Source: Mytilus californianus (lineage: Eukaryota). From it: a stretch of DNA of 64,000 nucleotides. Location: positions 6,510,001 through 6,574,000 of the forward strand of contig NW_026262668.1 in NCBI RefSeq assembly GCF_021869535.1, read 5' to 3'. Within the stretch, counting starts at the first letter, position 1, and each line of letters starts with the position of its first letter. This document shows positions 37,401 through 49,866 of this stretch, piece after piece. The notes beneath the pieces are model-generated. The model saw only the letters and a list, made by a program, of their open reading frames with translations. It ran no database searches and had not been told where the DNA came from. The translations under genes were made by a program, and so were the position numbers.

Positions 37401-40400
37401 GTTGTCTGTGTCGAAACAGAGAATTGTATATCTAAACGATAATCATTATACTGTGTAACAATTCCTTGGTCGAAATGATCAGTCAAAATTGCACCAAAAA
37501 AATAACAAACAAACAAACAAACAAAAACAACCGATATATATATATATGTATCTTTAAAAGTAAAATTTCAAAATTGGAAGAATATCCAATAATAAAAAAA
37601 ATAATGTTCCCCTTACTTTATGATAAATTTTTTAAAAAATTTTCGATTCTGGGTATTTTTTTCAGTTATATAGTTAGTATGGGTGCCAATGAGACAACTC
37701 TCCATCCAAGTCACAATTTATAAAAGTAAACCATTATAGGTCAAAGTACGGCAAATGGCCCCAAAAATGACTAGTGTAAAACCATTCAAACAGGAAAATC
37801 AACGGTCTAATCTATATAAAAAACGAGAAACGAGAAACACTTATGAACCACATCAACAAACGACAACCACTGAACATCAGGTTCCTAACTTAGGACAAAT
37901 GCAGCTAGTATAGTTATAATTGCAAAGTAAAATAGTTTATCGGTGAAAGTGCGACACTTAAAACCTGAAGTTAAAATAAACTGGAACGGTTCTTATACTG
38001 TAACAACAATAAAGAAAAAAAAAGCCATCTCGATTTTATGAAAATATGGTTTACATGTGCAATAGAGAAAAATTAAGTGTTGACTAATATTAACGTCATG
38101 AGGTAACATTTTATACGTATTATGACGAAGATAATTATTGAAGGACCTTTAAGTGCTGTCTTTTAATACTGATGTTATTTGAAAATGTTTTAACGTTTGC
38201 AGCACTGTGTGTCGTGTTATATTATTATTTTGCACATCTGCAAAATTAACAGTTTGAAGAAAGAATACGTGTATGCAATTTTTCGTCATCGCACATGCAC
38301 TAACGTTATTCGTCCGCAAATATGATAAGAGTTCCTTTTATGATGGTTAGTCTTGTAACATATATGTAACATATACCAAAAAAAGAAAGAAAACAAATCA
38401 ATTTCGACAAGAAGACCAATAAAATTATGCCAGTTGAAAAAGTAGAAGAAAGCCTTTCAATTGCGAGCATTATTTTGTATTTTACATTTAAAGTTGTCAT
38501 TTTCAACCTTGGGTTGTGACTGGGTTGATTACATTTCCCGACAACATAATTTATGTAAAATACTGGACAACTGAGACAAATAGGTGTCATAAATAACACT
38601 TGGATGTTTTCATACATGCAATATAATTAAAATGTCACTAAGTACAGCATATACTACCTTTTGATCAATTCCCACCCCCTAAATAATAATGAAAATAATA
38701 ATCAGTTGCTGATCTTTCGATGTTGAGCACAATTATACGTGTGACCAATTCACTGATGCAATATGTATTTTGCCAAAATACACGGTTACTGGAAAATCTT
38801 CATAACTTGTGTTCAATCCCTATTGTCAATACGTTTAAAGCTTCTCTTGTGTTCACGCAGGAAGAACTTTATTGTTTTCATACATGCATTGATGAGTTGT
38901 TTATTTTTTACTTTAAGACATTTTTCCTTTAAACCAGAATCCACTATATCAATACGTTTTGATTTCTCACTCCGTGACCATTAAGATAAATCAAAATACC
39001 ACCTTACAACATTGAATTAAAAAAAAAAGAATAGTGAAAAGCCCTTTGATTTGGTTAAAATGTTGAAAAATCTTTAAAGTTTATTATTTTATAAGACAGT
39101 AGTATTAGGTTTCATAAAACCTCGAGATAAAGACCTTACTTGATGGACAAGCGTCAGTATATATCGTATACAGTATCTATTCACTTTAAAGATTTGATTT
39201 GTGTACCCATTTCTGGTATTGGTATGTGCCCTATAACAACCCCTTGCCCATTTTAAGACATGAATTTGAATAAAAGGAGAATTCTTAATGGGGAAAGGAA
39301 TCAAATGACCTCCCCCTTTTCATTCCCTAAAAAAACGAAAATGAATTGGTCTTGGTGGATACATATAGTTGTCTCATTGGCAAACATACTACAATTCCTT
39401 ATTTTGATATCCAAAGGCCGTCCACAAAAGATAAATGTGCAACATAATATTTCAACGCTTCTTGAAAATGGTGACTATCACGGATCTTCCATTATTCATC
39501 AAATTCCTTATAGGACACATACACATGCCAAAAACAAAGAGTAAAGAATCTGAATGTAAAAGAACGAGGTTCCTTAGTACTTGGAACAGGCACATTAGAA
39601 TGTAGAGAATTTAAAAAGTTATCTGAGGGAGATGCAGCCCTTATATTAGTGAAAATATATAATTTTTGATAGAGGAATTTACAGATGTATTATTTGTATC
39701 ATGCCAATACCGAAAAATTGGCTACTAGGTGAAAGGTACTTGTTATGGAACAGCAGCAAAAATGAAACGTAGGCTGCTGGGTGAAATTACCCTTGAGAAC
39801 CGAATATTTTACAGCAGCATTACCGAAAATTGGCTGCTGGGTAAATTTTACCTCCGGAGACCGATTAAATGACAGGGGGTGGGGGGAGGGCATCGGTTTA
39901 ATTTTCAATTTTATTGTTCATTTCTACATATATTAGGAAAATGTCCCCTGAATTTGTTTCACTAACTGGGACAAAATCAAAACGTTTTTAAGACCTACTC
40001 CGTGGAATTCGAAGTCTATATAAATTATGTATATGTAAGACCAAAAAACAAAAATATTGCAAAGTTTGCATAGAAGGAAGACTTTAACCTAAATAAATTA
40101 TGGTGTATCTGAAAGAAATTTATGTTATAACTCCCAATAAAATAATAAGAAGGTCCTTCTCGCCAGTTTTGGATAATTGCTCAATTTTTTATAAATATCA
40201 TGACGTGGATTTATTTTGTAATTTAGATTTTACTAGCATATACCATTATTAGGCTGGATGGTTTGATACAAGATAATGTTGAGTTTCCATTCAGCGACTC
40301 ATCAGGTGCATGATTGAAGTTTTGATTGCTAAAAAGAATGAATTGCAAGTGGATGACTCGGAATCTTTTGATATTTTACATTTATCACGCCATGCATAAG

Positions 40401-40494
40401 TTGTCCCACTTCTTTTGGATCTCTCATGAATCTCTCCTGAGGGATTTTTTTCTACTTATAATATTGATATATATTTATTTTTTTTTCCAGCCCT

Positions 40495-40902
40495 AAGGGT
40501 GAGTGGCGACCAGAAATACGGTGTTTGATCTATTTCCGACAAGCAGTAAAACTCTTGCCAAAACGTGACGTTCGTTTGGCTCTGCGGGATGTACAAGTAC
40601 GCAACCACGTCCGGTCAGAATAGGGAGTTAAATCCTATGCCTCGTGTAGAGAGAGTGCCACACTCTCACACCTACAACGAATCTTTGGGGTCCGTAAGTG
40701 AACCGTTGCAAAGGAGAATTCTGTCCCTATCCAATATGCCTACATTTTCCAGTGGTAGTCCAAATTTTCTTGACTTTCATCTCGGAAAGCGTCTATTACA
40801 AGATCCACTTATTTTATCTATAATTGTTAATTTGTTCTCGTCCTGAACATGCATGACATGTTTGCCACTGGACTTTCAGCGAACATCGATAAATCAATCA
40901 AT
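40495..40902 (+). mobile_element. SINE family 2 (Meta/MESC-like centre), sharing its 3' tail with the V-type SINE
   Basis: GTTAAATCCTATGCCTCGTGTAGAGAGAGTGCCAC centre and tail GTCCTGAACATGCATGACATGTTTGCCACTGGAC..AATCAATCAAT. Degraded copies at about 35210-35545 and 58410-58710; isolated tails at about 8890-8955 and 17870-17942. Confidence 0.65.
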
Positions 40903-41576
40903 TTCCTTCCAATCCCCTTTCATCTCTCTTTTAGTAACAGTAGGAGGAAGTTTTGCATTATAAATATTTTTTTCTTCCCACGCTCGCCCACCAAAACAAC
41001 CTTTTCTTTTATGAACCAATTTGTTTGGTTATTTTAGTTGGTTACGTATTTGATAATTGTTTTACACACCAACATCAAATTAACCCCAGTTCTTTATACA
41101 GTTATGTATTGTTCAATCAATGTAAATAATCAAAACAAACTTTTACACGGATGAGTACATGCGACGAGCTAACATATATCATACGGTAATTAGAGAAAGG
41201 TTCCGATTTAAGTATTCCTTAGTTAAGTGAAGACTTAAGTAATTTTATGCATACGACTTAAGAATTTTACTTAACTAAGGGAATTCTTATTGAAATCTAA
41301 GTTTAAGGAACACTTAAGTTAAGATGTTTTATGCATACGGGCCCAGCTGGTCTCTGAAAAAAAAACTACCTACATACTTTTAATATAACACGTTATATTA
41401 AAGTATATAGGTTTTTTTCCAGTGAAAAGTTCCTGTGGTAACGACTCCAAGTTAGTAAAAACGTAAAATAGCAGATAAATGATGTGTAAGTAATTGTAAT
41501 TAAGTTATACAACATTGTATATAATAGTGCGAACAATTTATCACGATTGGTACAATCAGTTTAAAGTTATTTGGTC

Positions 41577-42845
41577 TTATCGAAATAAAAGTTTATGTTT
41601 AAGTCTTTTTTCTGCTGAATTTAAAATTTCTGATTGTTTTCGATTTTTCCTCCTTTTTATTTGCATATTAAGCGGAAGTGGCTTTGTCTTAGAAATTTCC
41701 GCCGTATAGAATTTACAATATCTCTCCATCTTGGTTCGTTTATGGATGTAAATATCATTAGATTCTCTTCTTGTTTCGAACGCCAAGCAGTTCATCTGAC
41801 CTGCATGATAGTTTACATTCCGATATTTTTGTAGTATGATAAACCGATTATAAACACTTTCACTCTTTGTCGAGTTCCACTTTTCTTGTAAATATCCTTT
41901 GTCAACCGTTTGATGAATAGCGTCTACAGTTTGTGTTAGATCAAACGTACTAAAATTGCACATTCTTGCAAACAACAAGAGAAAGTTGTCGTATGCAGGT
42001 CGACCAATTACAAGATCAGGTAACGAATTCCACGGGAAAAACCGATTCGTGAAAAAATAATCTTCAGCATCATTTCTGAAAAGAGTCCCTCGATCTTTAG
42101 AAGCCTGTATCAATGAGCGAACGGAACTTGCTTCGTCGATTGTCAAATTTTCAATATTTATCCTCTTTCCAGTTAGCATAAAATGTGTGCCAATAGTCTT
42201 GTCATATTTATTCATAAATTCCAAAGTTAGCTTTAAAGAAGATGTAAATAATATATCTGCATTCGCATAACCAATAATAGAAGCATTATAATGCCTAGAT
42301 ATAGTAATGTACATATGTTTAAGTACAGGAGTGTCCGATTCAGACACATACCGTATAGGTAAAATGTCCCATCCTTCCAATCTAAATTCCTTTGCCAACG
42401 CCGAATTATTTGTAAATAACACTGCCCTTATTTGGCAGTCTAGAGAAGGCCAATTTCTTTTTGTGTTATTATGAACAACTTCGCGTTTAGTCGTAGGTTC
42501 AAACGATGTGAAAATTACAAATCTATCATCGCACACTAACTTAGACGTATTTACTTCTTGAACATCAGTACTAATCGCTCCATTCTCAAACAATAAGTTA
42601 GCATTATTGTTTCTCAAAAACTTTCTAAATCGGTCAACTCTGTTGGTATTGTTACTATTACTCCTTCTGTTAATAACATTCATTTTTGATATGTTATCGT
42701 AATTCATATCTTTCCACTTTAAATTGTCAATTTCGTTCAAAATAACAATATTTAACACAATGAAAAGTACAACCACAATACTTGTTAATTTGTTCACACG
42801 GAATTTTCGCAGGTTCCCTTGCCATGTTTCTACGTTACAGCGCAT
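41577..42845 (-). CDS. Type II membrane protein with putative GT-A-fold glycosyltransferase-like domain (422 aa, single coding exon)
   Basis: Short basic N-terminus, TM LTSIVVVLFIVLNIVIL, Asn-rich stem, then FVIFTSF, GYANADILF (DxD-like), LTGKRIN, AEDYFF, GRPAYDNFL and IHQT motifs. Candidate 5' UTR acceptor at 42869-42870. Confidence 0.85.
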   Translation of the reverse strand: MRCNVETWQGNLRKFRVNKLTSIVVVLFIVLNIVILNEIDNLKWKDMNYDNISKMNVINRRSNSNNTNRVDRFRKFLRNNNANLLFENGAISTDVQEVNTSKLVCDDRFVIFTSFEPTTKREVVHNNTKRNWPSLDCQIRAVLFTNNSALAKEFRLEGWDILPIRYVSESDTPVLKHMYITISRHYNASIIGYANADILFTSSLKLTLEFMNKYDKTIGTHFMLTGKRINIENLTIDEASSVRSLIQASKDRGTLFRNDAEDYFFTNRFFPWNSLPDLVIGRPAYDNFLLLFARMCNFSTFDLTQTVDAIHQTVDKGYLQEKWNSTKSESVYNRFIILQKYRNVNYHAGQMNCLAFETRRESNDIYIHKRTKMERYCKFYTAEISKTKPLPLNMQIKRRKNRKQSEILNSAEKRLKHKLLFR

Positions 42846-44220
42846 TTCTTACTATAACGCTACCGCTACTGTTTATAATCAAGAAAAACATCATGTCGAA
42901 CCAAATAATTTGTAAGACTTAAGATAAAAAGGATTAAAGATAAATTCTTCCGTCTTACAATACAATTATAAACCTTACGTTTTAGGATGTACAAGGGATT
43001 ACAACTTAACCCAGTAAGCTAAGTGGAGCTGAATTCGGCAATATACAATTATATATAAGAAGAAAATTAAAAACTTCAACATGCAGCTCGGACTATTCTG
43101 ACTTTGCATATGGTGTCCAAGCTACAAGCTGGCTTTATGTCATTAGCTGTGACCTCTTATACAACGGTGCAATAAGTTCATGAATTCGACAATGCATTGG
43201 ATAAATATGACACGATATCTTGTATATATATTGAACAGGCAGTCGTCATCTACCAAACACAAATATCTGTGGTTCCCACTTTTTTTTACTTTTCTGTCAT
43301 CTTCTACAGAATCGTTTAAGCCGTGTTTCATCGTAAATATTTCATCCCTCCTTCCCTAGAAACACAATGATGCTCTTAAAACTGTCGTGGCTTTACTATT
43401 TTTGATATTTTGGTTTGCTATCTGCTTTAAAAAATTTGACTCTTTTGGATTTCCAACCATTTGAAAGCTGGACGGATCCATGGGTTTGAGGTAAGGGGCG
43501 TAAATGTTTTAAATGGTAATAATCCTTTTTTTTTTAATTTATCATATAGTCACGGTCAGGTACGGATGATAATGAATTTAGTGATAAATTTCACTATAAT
43601 ATTAGTTCTGGTGATAATATGTTTTTAAAGTATTCATGTCACTGTGATTAAATGTTTGTAGGCTGACTTGAAAAAAGTATGGGTCACGGTGCTTTTTTCA
43701 AACTAATGGTTGTGCAAAATTGTCAGATTTTGTATGAATTTTACAGGGGGAAAACAATTTCTTGTGCCAATAGAAAGAAAACTAAAAGATAAAATTATCA
43801 AATAAAATATGAGAACATAGTTCTTATAACATGTATCATGTACCTACATTACCAAAAAAAAAATTATCGGGTTTCAGATCTGCCAACTTCCCCCCTTTAC
43901 GAGGGATATCCCTCATGAGAGGTCTTGACCTGACTGACCCTTATCAAACTCAATTATTTAGACTAAATACTTTTAAAAAGTCATTCAAAGGAGTGAAAAA
44001 TACATTAAAACACATGTATTCACATTCATTGCCATTTGATTTAAATTATTTACTGAAAATTTTTAGTGTTAGCAAGATACATAATATGCTAGAGTTAATG
44101 TGGTGCTGTTTTATTACTATTTATTTGTGCATGCTGCATGCCTTGTTTTATTTGTTATTATTTATGTTTTTATATTCGTCGAAAAGCTCATTAGAGCTTG
44201 CGTTTTATTTGTGTGTCAAT

Positions 44221-44340
44221 TAGTCCAAATAATTATGACGTCTTGAAAGGCTATTATATTTTTTTGGTTAAATTGACGCCGGCCAGCGTCAAAGCAAAAA
44301 AATATAATAGCCTTTTAAGACGTCACAATTATTTGGACTA
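44221..44340. mobile_element. 120-bp foldback MITE, TAG..CTA termini, perfect 9-bp TSD TGTGTCAAT
   Basis: About 45-bp arms TAGTCCAAATAATTATGACGTCTTGAAAGGCTATTATATTTTTT with 2 mismatches; inner stem TTGACGC-cggcca-GCGTCAA; TSD at 44212-44220 and 44341-44349. Confidence 0.92.
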
Positions 44341-44368
44341 TGTGTCAATATGCCGAATCCAAATAAAG

Positions 44369-44370
<2 letters not shown>

Positions 44371-44404
<34 letters not shown>
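44371..44404. repeat. (TTAC)8 microsatellite
   Basis: Perfect tetranucleotide run. Confidence 0.95.
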
Positions 44405-44951
44405 TTCAAACCATAGATGTTCTAATTAAGTACACTAAGGACATTTATAGGTATGCATTAGGTCCTCTTGTGCATAACACCCCCCATGGAGATTTTGAAA
44501 ATTTGGCAGACATGTGGTTTTGCTACAAAACTGACGAAAAAGTTAAATTTACCGACTCCTTTATAAAAAGTTAGATTATAGTAGTTATCTCCCCGTATAT
44601 GACCAATTTGAATATTTAAATATACAATTCTTGGTCCTTGGTTGAACACACAATATTGAATCAAACAACAAAATTCTGTAACCCATTAACATTTTCATTT
44701 AACTTTTTTAGGTAGAATGTAAAAGTGAAAATATTTTTTGAATAGTAATCATACTTAGAAAAATGTAAAAATAAGAGGTTATCCTAAGTCGGAGTAGTCA
44801 TTAACAAAATGAAACAAAAAGAAAAACACGACTCTCTTGTTGCTCTCCCCTATCTATATAATATCCATTGCAAATGTAAACACAATGTAAACATACTACT
44901 TCTGATTCTCCTGTTTGAGTGTTTCTGTCACAACTGTACATAACCTTTATT

Positions 44952-45444
44952 ATGCATGATCAAATATTTAGGTTCAATAGGTTTGTGAGCATTGCAAAAT
45001 TGTTTCAACGGAATTTCTCACGAATATCAAAATACAGAAGTCAGCAAAAATTATCTGTTAATATCAACGAAGACAAGAACGATTGTTTGAAAGAAGAAAT
45101 AAGGCACTACGTTGATAAAAATAATCCCCATGAATACAATTTATATGCTGTTGTAGCTGACGCTGCTCCATTGACATTTCTTCGACGGAAGGTTAACAAT
45201 CAACTAGGGGAACCATTTTCCTCCAATAGCAGTGTATGGCATTTCCCATATTATAACTTGAATGATGAAATGGAACTTGGGGATCAATGTGATGTCAAAG
45301 TTGAAATAAAAGGCATAGGGGATTACTCGTCTAATATATATAGAAAAGGTTATGAAACTCTTCAGCAATATGCCAATGGTGAAATTTTAGACCAAGATGT
45401 CATTCCAGCGTTTACAGCACTTGAAAGATTTTATAAAAATAAAG
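44952..45444 (+). CDS. Uncharacterised multi-exon gene, exon A (start uncertain: ATG 44952 or acceptor at 44971)
   Basis: Long open frame with protein-like composition (HEYNLYAVVADAAPLTFLRRK..DVIPAFTALERFYKNK) and phase-1 donor AAAG|GTACAT. The N-terminus is Arg/Ser/Phe-rich and transit-peptide-like. Confidence 0.75.
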
Positions 45445-46607
45445 GTACATGTTTGTCGTATATATGAATAGGTGATTTCCATATCATTGAATTTTGACTC
45501 CAGAGTATAAAATTTTTCATCAGGTTACCTACTCTGTGGTAAAACATTTTGGTCAAGTAAGAGCAACTGAAGGATCGAAGTAAAATCAAGCTTAAAATCA
45601 GCAATTTGAGAAAAAAATAATAAATGTTTTTGATGATTTTTTTTGCATATAAAAGCTTAAAAAAGGTTTATAAGAGTTGAACTTAAAGCATACATGAAAA
45701 AAATCACCTTCAAACATCTCACTCTTGGTACCGTTGTTTCCGCCATTTCAATGACATGAATGTGCCTAATTTTATGTGTGAAGACAGTTACTATAAAAGA
45801 GGAGTTCAAGCATGATTACAAGATTTACATTGAACAAATCATAGCACAGGGACAACAATGTCCATTGTCCAACCTGAGGGGAAATAACTCTTAACAGAAA
45901 TGATAAAATCCCATATGGACTAATGGTGTGCCACATTCAGATCAAAAGATAGAAACTGTCACTTCCTTCAAAGAATCATATGTGTGCTCTACTGAATTTT
46001 TGTCATAAAAAAGAATAATATTACATGTATTTCATGTGCAAATCATATATAGATTTGTACAAAAAATGTATATTAATAATATAAGGTCATACTCATTTGT
46101 CATCCATCATTCAAGCAAAACCCATTTATCATGTTTATATACATGAATCGACCAGTCTCATAGTTGTGCTTCAGTGACTGAATTTTGAAATTGTTCAGGT
46201 CTTGTTTTCTGATACCAAGAACAACAAAAGACCATTTCTATTGAATATCCTGCTGTTTTGCATAATTCTGTTTCAATATTTCATGATTTTTTTTTGTGAT
46301 CAGGTGAGGTTTAGGATTAGTGATATTCATAAACATGATATGATGATATACTGTTTTCTTTTAGTACATTGCAGAACACCATCAGATGTCACATGTATAA
46401 AAGATAATAAAATACACAACTACAAGGAAAACAATTCTGTATCAAAGAATGTTCATGAGCACAATTCACTGAAAGCAAGCTCAAAGTTTTATTATACATT
46501 GCTATAATTACAGTTTATTGTGCAATGCCCAGAGTAAATCAGTACAATTCTTTGGACTGTATTTATATTATTGTGATATGGATGATCATTATTGAAATAT
46601 TTTTCAG

Positions 46608-46811
46608 AAATTCATGAAAGAAGCCTACAAAAACTGAAAGATATTAAGCTGTCAGAAACTGAAGTAATTATAGTGATGACCAATCACCTTCTTTCTCAAC
46701 TCCTTTATCATCCAACAAACTATTTAATTGATGTGAATTCTTTGGAGAAACCAACTGGAGAATGTCCTTGTGAATGTGGCAGTCAAATACACTATGGATT
46801 TACTAATATTG
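46608..46811 (+). CDS. Uncharacterised multi-exon gene, exon C
   Basis: Acceptor TTTTCAG|, donor G|GTAAGA, 204 nt, phase 1-1. Encodes EIHERSLQKL..ETEVIIVMTNHLLSQL..YLID..GECPCECGSQIHYGFTNIG, in frame with exons A and D. Confidence 0.85.
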
Positions 46812-47601
46812 GTAAGACTCAATGAACAAGTGATGGCATTTCAAAATTTTTTATGCAGCCTATTTGCTAAAGATCTTACTTTCTGATGGTTGTTGAAAGT
46901 ACATATTAATTACAGTTGTAAAATTTTTTATGTAATAGACCACTTTCATGTTATGTCTGTCACTGGAAGAGTTCATCAATTATGCCCGCCTTTATACGTC
47001 ATTTACCAGATAGAGGACCGCCTGTATCGCTGCACTATTAAGGTTCATCAAGCGTCTTTGTGATTGTCATTATGCATGATAAACTAGAAATAATGTTTAT
47101 TCTGTGGGTACTTAATCACAAGAATTAAATTTTTCGAATAGTTCATGCAATATAGCATCATATTTTTTTCAACAGCTCGCTGAACATGGGAAGGAAGTGA
47201 CGATGCGGCTAAATGCATGAATGATGTTCACTAAAACCAAAGTTTTTGAAGGAAATGTAACAAACTTGAAAGTGCTCTATTTCCATAAATTAGGAATGAA
47301 AACAGCATCATGCCTTGTCGTTTCTGCATTCAATGGTTATTACAGAATATAACATCACTTTTTTTGTACACATCAAAAGCACACATGATTACTTGTCAGA
47401 GCTCCAGAGTTTCAGTAAGACTCCTGTTGACTAATCTTTTGTTTTCTATGTCAAGGTTTTGTTTTGTTGATCATTGGTTGACTTTTTGTGCTTGTATTGG
47501 CAATGTTGTTGTCTGCTCTGTTTTATTTATGGTATATTTGATTGCCTGTGATTCATTAATCTTTTTACTTTTCATTTTTCTTCTTCAATCATTTTTTTTA
47601 G

Positions 47602-48265
47602 GAAGTCATCAGCTTTTTTATGGTCCAGCAGACATCATAATGTTCCCATCTGCAAAGAATACAATTTGGAATGATAAAGAGAATTCATCTCTATTCAAAA
47701 TCATAGATGGACAGAGTGAATGGAGGCAGGAGGAAGACATTGATAATCATAAGGAACTATCTCAAGATGAGTTTGACACTTTAGAGCTAAATATAGAAAC
47801 AGCATTTACTGATAATCAAGTTAACCAAATATGTAAACAGGCAATAGCTGTATCTTTGTGGAAACATAAAAGACACTTAAACATCACTGATGTACATAAT
47901 GTTTCTGCTAATTCAATGATACCTGTTTGTTTACTAAATAATACCAGATATATGATGGCTTTGTATAATGCAGAGTATGATTATCTTTTAAGAATGGAAA
48001 ACAAGGGCATACCTATTTTTCAAAATGAAGATTGTAATGAACTTAATTTTTCTGCAGTTATTGACTTATGGCTCATGATTCACCATTCTTTATTTTCCTC
48101 ATTGCCATCTGAAGAAGATATACAAAAATTTAAAGGAACTTGTCATCTTGCCACAAAACTAGAAGACACATTTACAGAAATTGTGAAAAGCTCAAAATTT
48201 GATTATGTTGTAGCTGTAGATAATACTTCGCGGAAGCCAACAGATGTATTTTGGAACCGTTCAAG
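47602..48265 (+). CDS. Uncharacterised multi-exon gene, exon D (putative PD-(D/E)XK-like domain)
   Basis: Acceptor TTTTTTTAG|GA, phase 1. Encodes GSHQLFYGPADII..LELNIE..QICKQAIAVS..MIPVCLL..YMMALYNAEYDYLL..VIDLWLMIHH. Ends either at stop 48269 or at the donor AAG|GTAAAT after 48265. Confidence 0.85.
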
Positions 48266-48837
48266 GTAAATATTTATACATGTATGTATTATAGAAGTAA
48301 ATACAGTCAAGGATATGTTCATTCGTTTGAATTCAATGACAAATTATTAAATGAATGGACAAATATATGTATACATATATAGGACCCGGACAAACAAATG
48401 AATTACTGGCCTACATCATGTACACTATTAAAGTCCAATAAAAAGGACAGTGAAATTATTTATCCAATCAAAATACTCATATGATGATGGCTGGTAATGT
48501 CATTCATCCTGGGAGTCAGTTCATTTAATGGAATGGTAACTAAATGAAGTGACTTGAGGGTAATTATATTTTGAACAGAGCTATCTAGTTATCCATTCCA
48601 ATTGACTTGTGCTAGAATGGACTTGGTAAAACTCAAACTTTCAAAAACTAACAAGTTAGAAGTACAATGTAAATAAACAATGTCCAAGGAACTGCATCCT
48701 TCTTGAGGCTTTTCAGTAATGTGATTCTGATAAAACTGGAAGCATAGTACATGCAGCCAGCACGTAATTGAGATAAGGTATTCTAATGAAGGGAGAGATA
48801 ACCTTCCGCGCTAAAACAAATAAAGAGTAAGAAACCA

Positions 48838-48965
48838 CAGGGGCGGATCCAGCCATTTTTAAAAGAGGGGGTTCCAACCATATGTCCCCATTTAAAAGCA
48901 TTGATCGTCCAAAAAAAAAGGGGGGGGGGTGGTACCAACCCCCCTCCCCACTGGATCCCCCACTG
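48838..48965. mobile_element. Short MITE with CAGGGGCGGATCCAG / CTGGATCCCCCACTG ends
   Basis: Imperfect 15-bp TIRs and an apparent 5-bp flank duplication AACCA. A solo end of the same type lies at about 14370-14420. Confidence 0.75.
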
Positions 48966-49193
48966 AACCAAATGACATATATATTTGAAAATAAAAGGAA
49001 TTAAAAAGAATTTGACTCTTTGGGATTTTCTGGGTTAGATGTGTTAAGGCAAACAAACAATTATTTCCTTTTGGTCTGAAAAAAGTTGATTATGCAGTTG
49101 ATTAAATATTTATTGTTTTCTTGGATGATACATATATTTAAATGGATTGAAAAATTGAACGAACAGATAATACTTATATGGATTTATTTACAG

Positions 49194-49309
49194 TTGTCCT
49201 GTTCCAACTTGTACAACAGAAGTATGGAAAGTAAAAAGGTTACATCCTTTCCCAGAAAATTGGATGAAAATACCAGAAAAGGTCAAAGATCAAATAAAGA
49301 ATGAATTAA
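49194..49309 (+). CDS. Cys-containing exon E (CPVPTC..KVKRLHPFPENW..IKNEL)
   Basis: Acceptor TATTTACAG|, donor A|GTAAGT, open frame, and phase 2 matching the donor at 48265. Confidence 0.7.
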
Positions 49310-49783
49310 GTAAGTGGTGATATTGAATTAATAACAAGATATAGGATATTTCATAGGGTACATATTACATTATAACCATATGAAATCAGGTGGGAATTAT
49401 TGATTAATTTTATTCCTTTTATGCTGCTATATTAATTGAACAATAAATGACAATCCAATTTCACAGTGAGAAAAAAGACTTTGTAGTTTCTACTATACCT
49501 TCATGACTACATTTTGACATCAGAAATTTGATGGTTGATAACAACATTTGAAATATTATTTACAGGCCCATAGTCATATAATGACTGGCTTTAAACAACA
49601 CTAGATTATCTACATCTCTGACCTTGGCTGATATTTGTAGTAAGATTTTCACCTCAAAGACTCAACAAGAACGTCAATTATAATTTGTAAGGCAGGTACA
49701 TGCTGTGTAATCATATATATATAACCTTGTTTTACTTTCATTGTATAGAAATTATTCACAATTTACTTTACAATTATTTTCAG

Positions 49784-49866
49784 AAATTACAGATGAAATG
49801 GATGCATGTTGTTCAGTGTGTTTAGATGGAATTGTAAGAAGGATGAACCAGCAGACGACAGAATGA
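49784..49866 (+). CDS. Exon F (KITDEMDACCSVCLDGIVRRMNQQTTE*)
   Basis: Acceptor TATTTTCAG|, phase 1 matching exon E, stop at 49864-49866, and a further donor AAG|GTATT near 49896. Confidence 0.65.

Noticed and set aside
40270-40305. CTGATGA..GAAA on the minus strand
   Set aside because: Stems II and III do not pair convincingly; single occurrence.
47310-47601. Hydrophobic N-terminal 97 aa of the 319-aa ORF as a membrane anchor
   Set aside because: T-rich intron sequence upstream of the acceptor at 47600-47601; the in-frame join comes from exon C.
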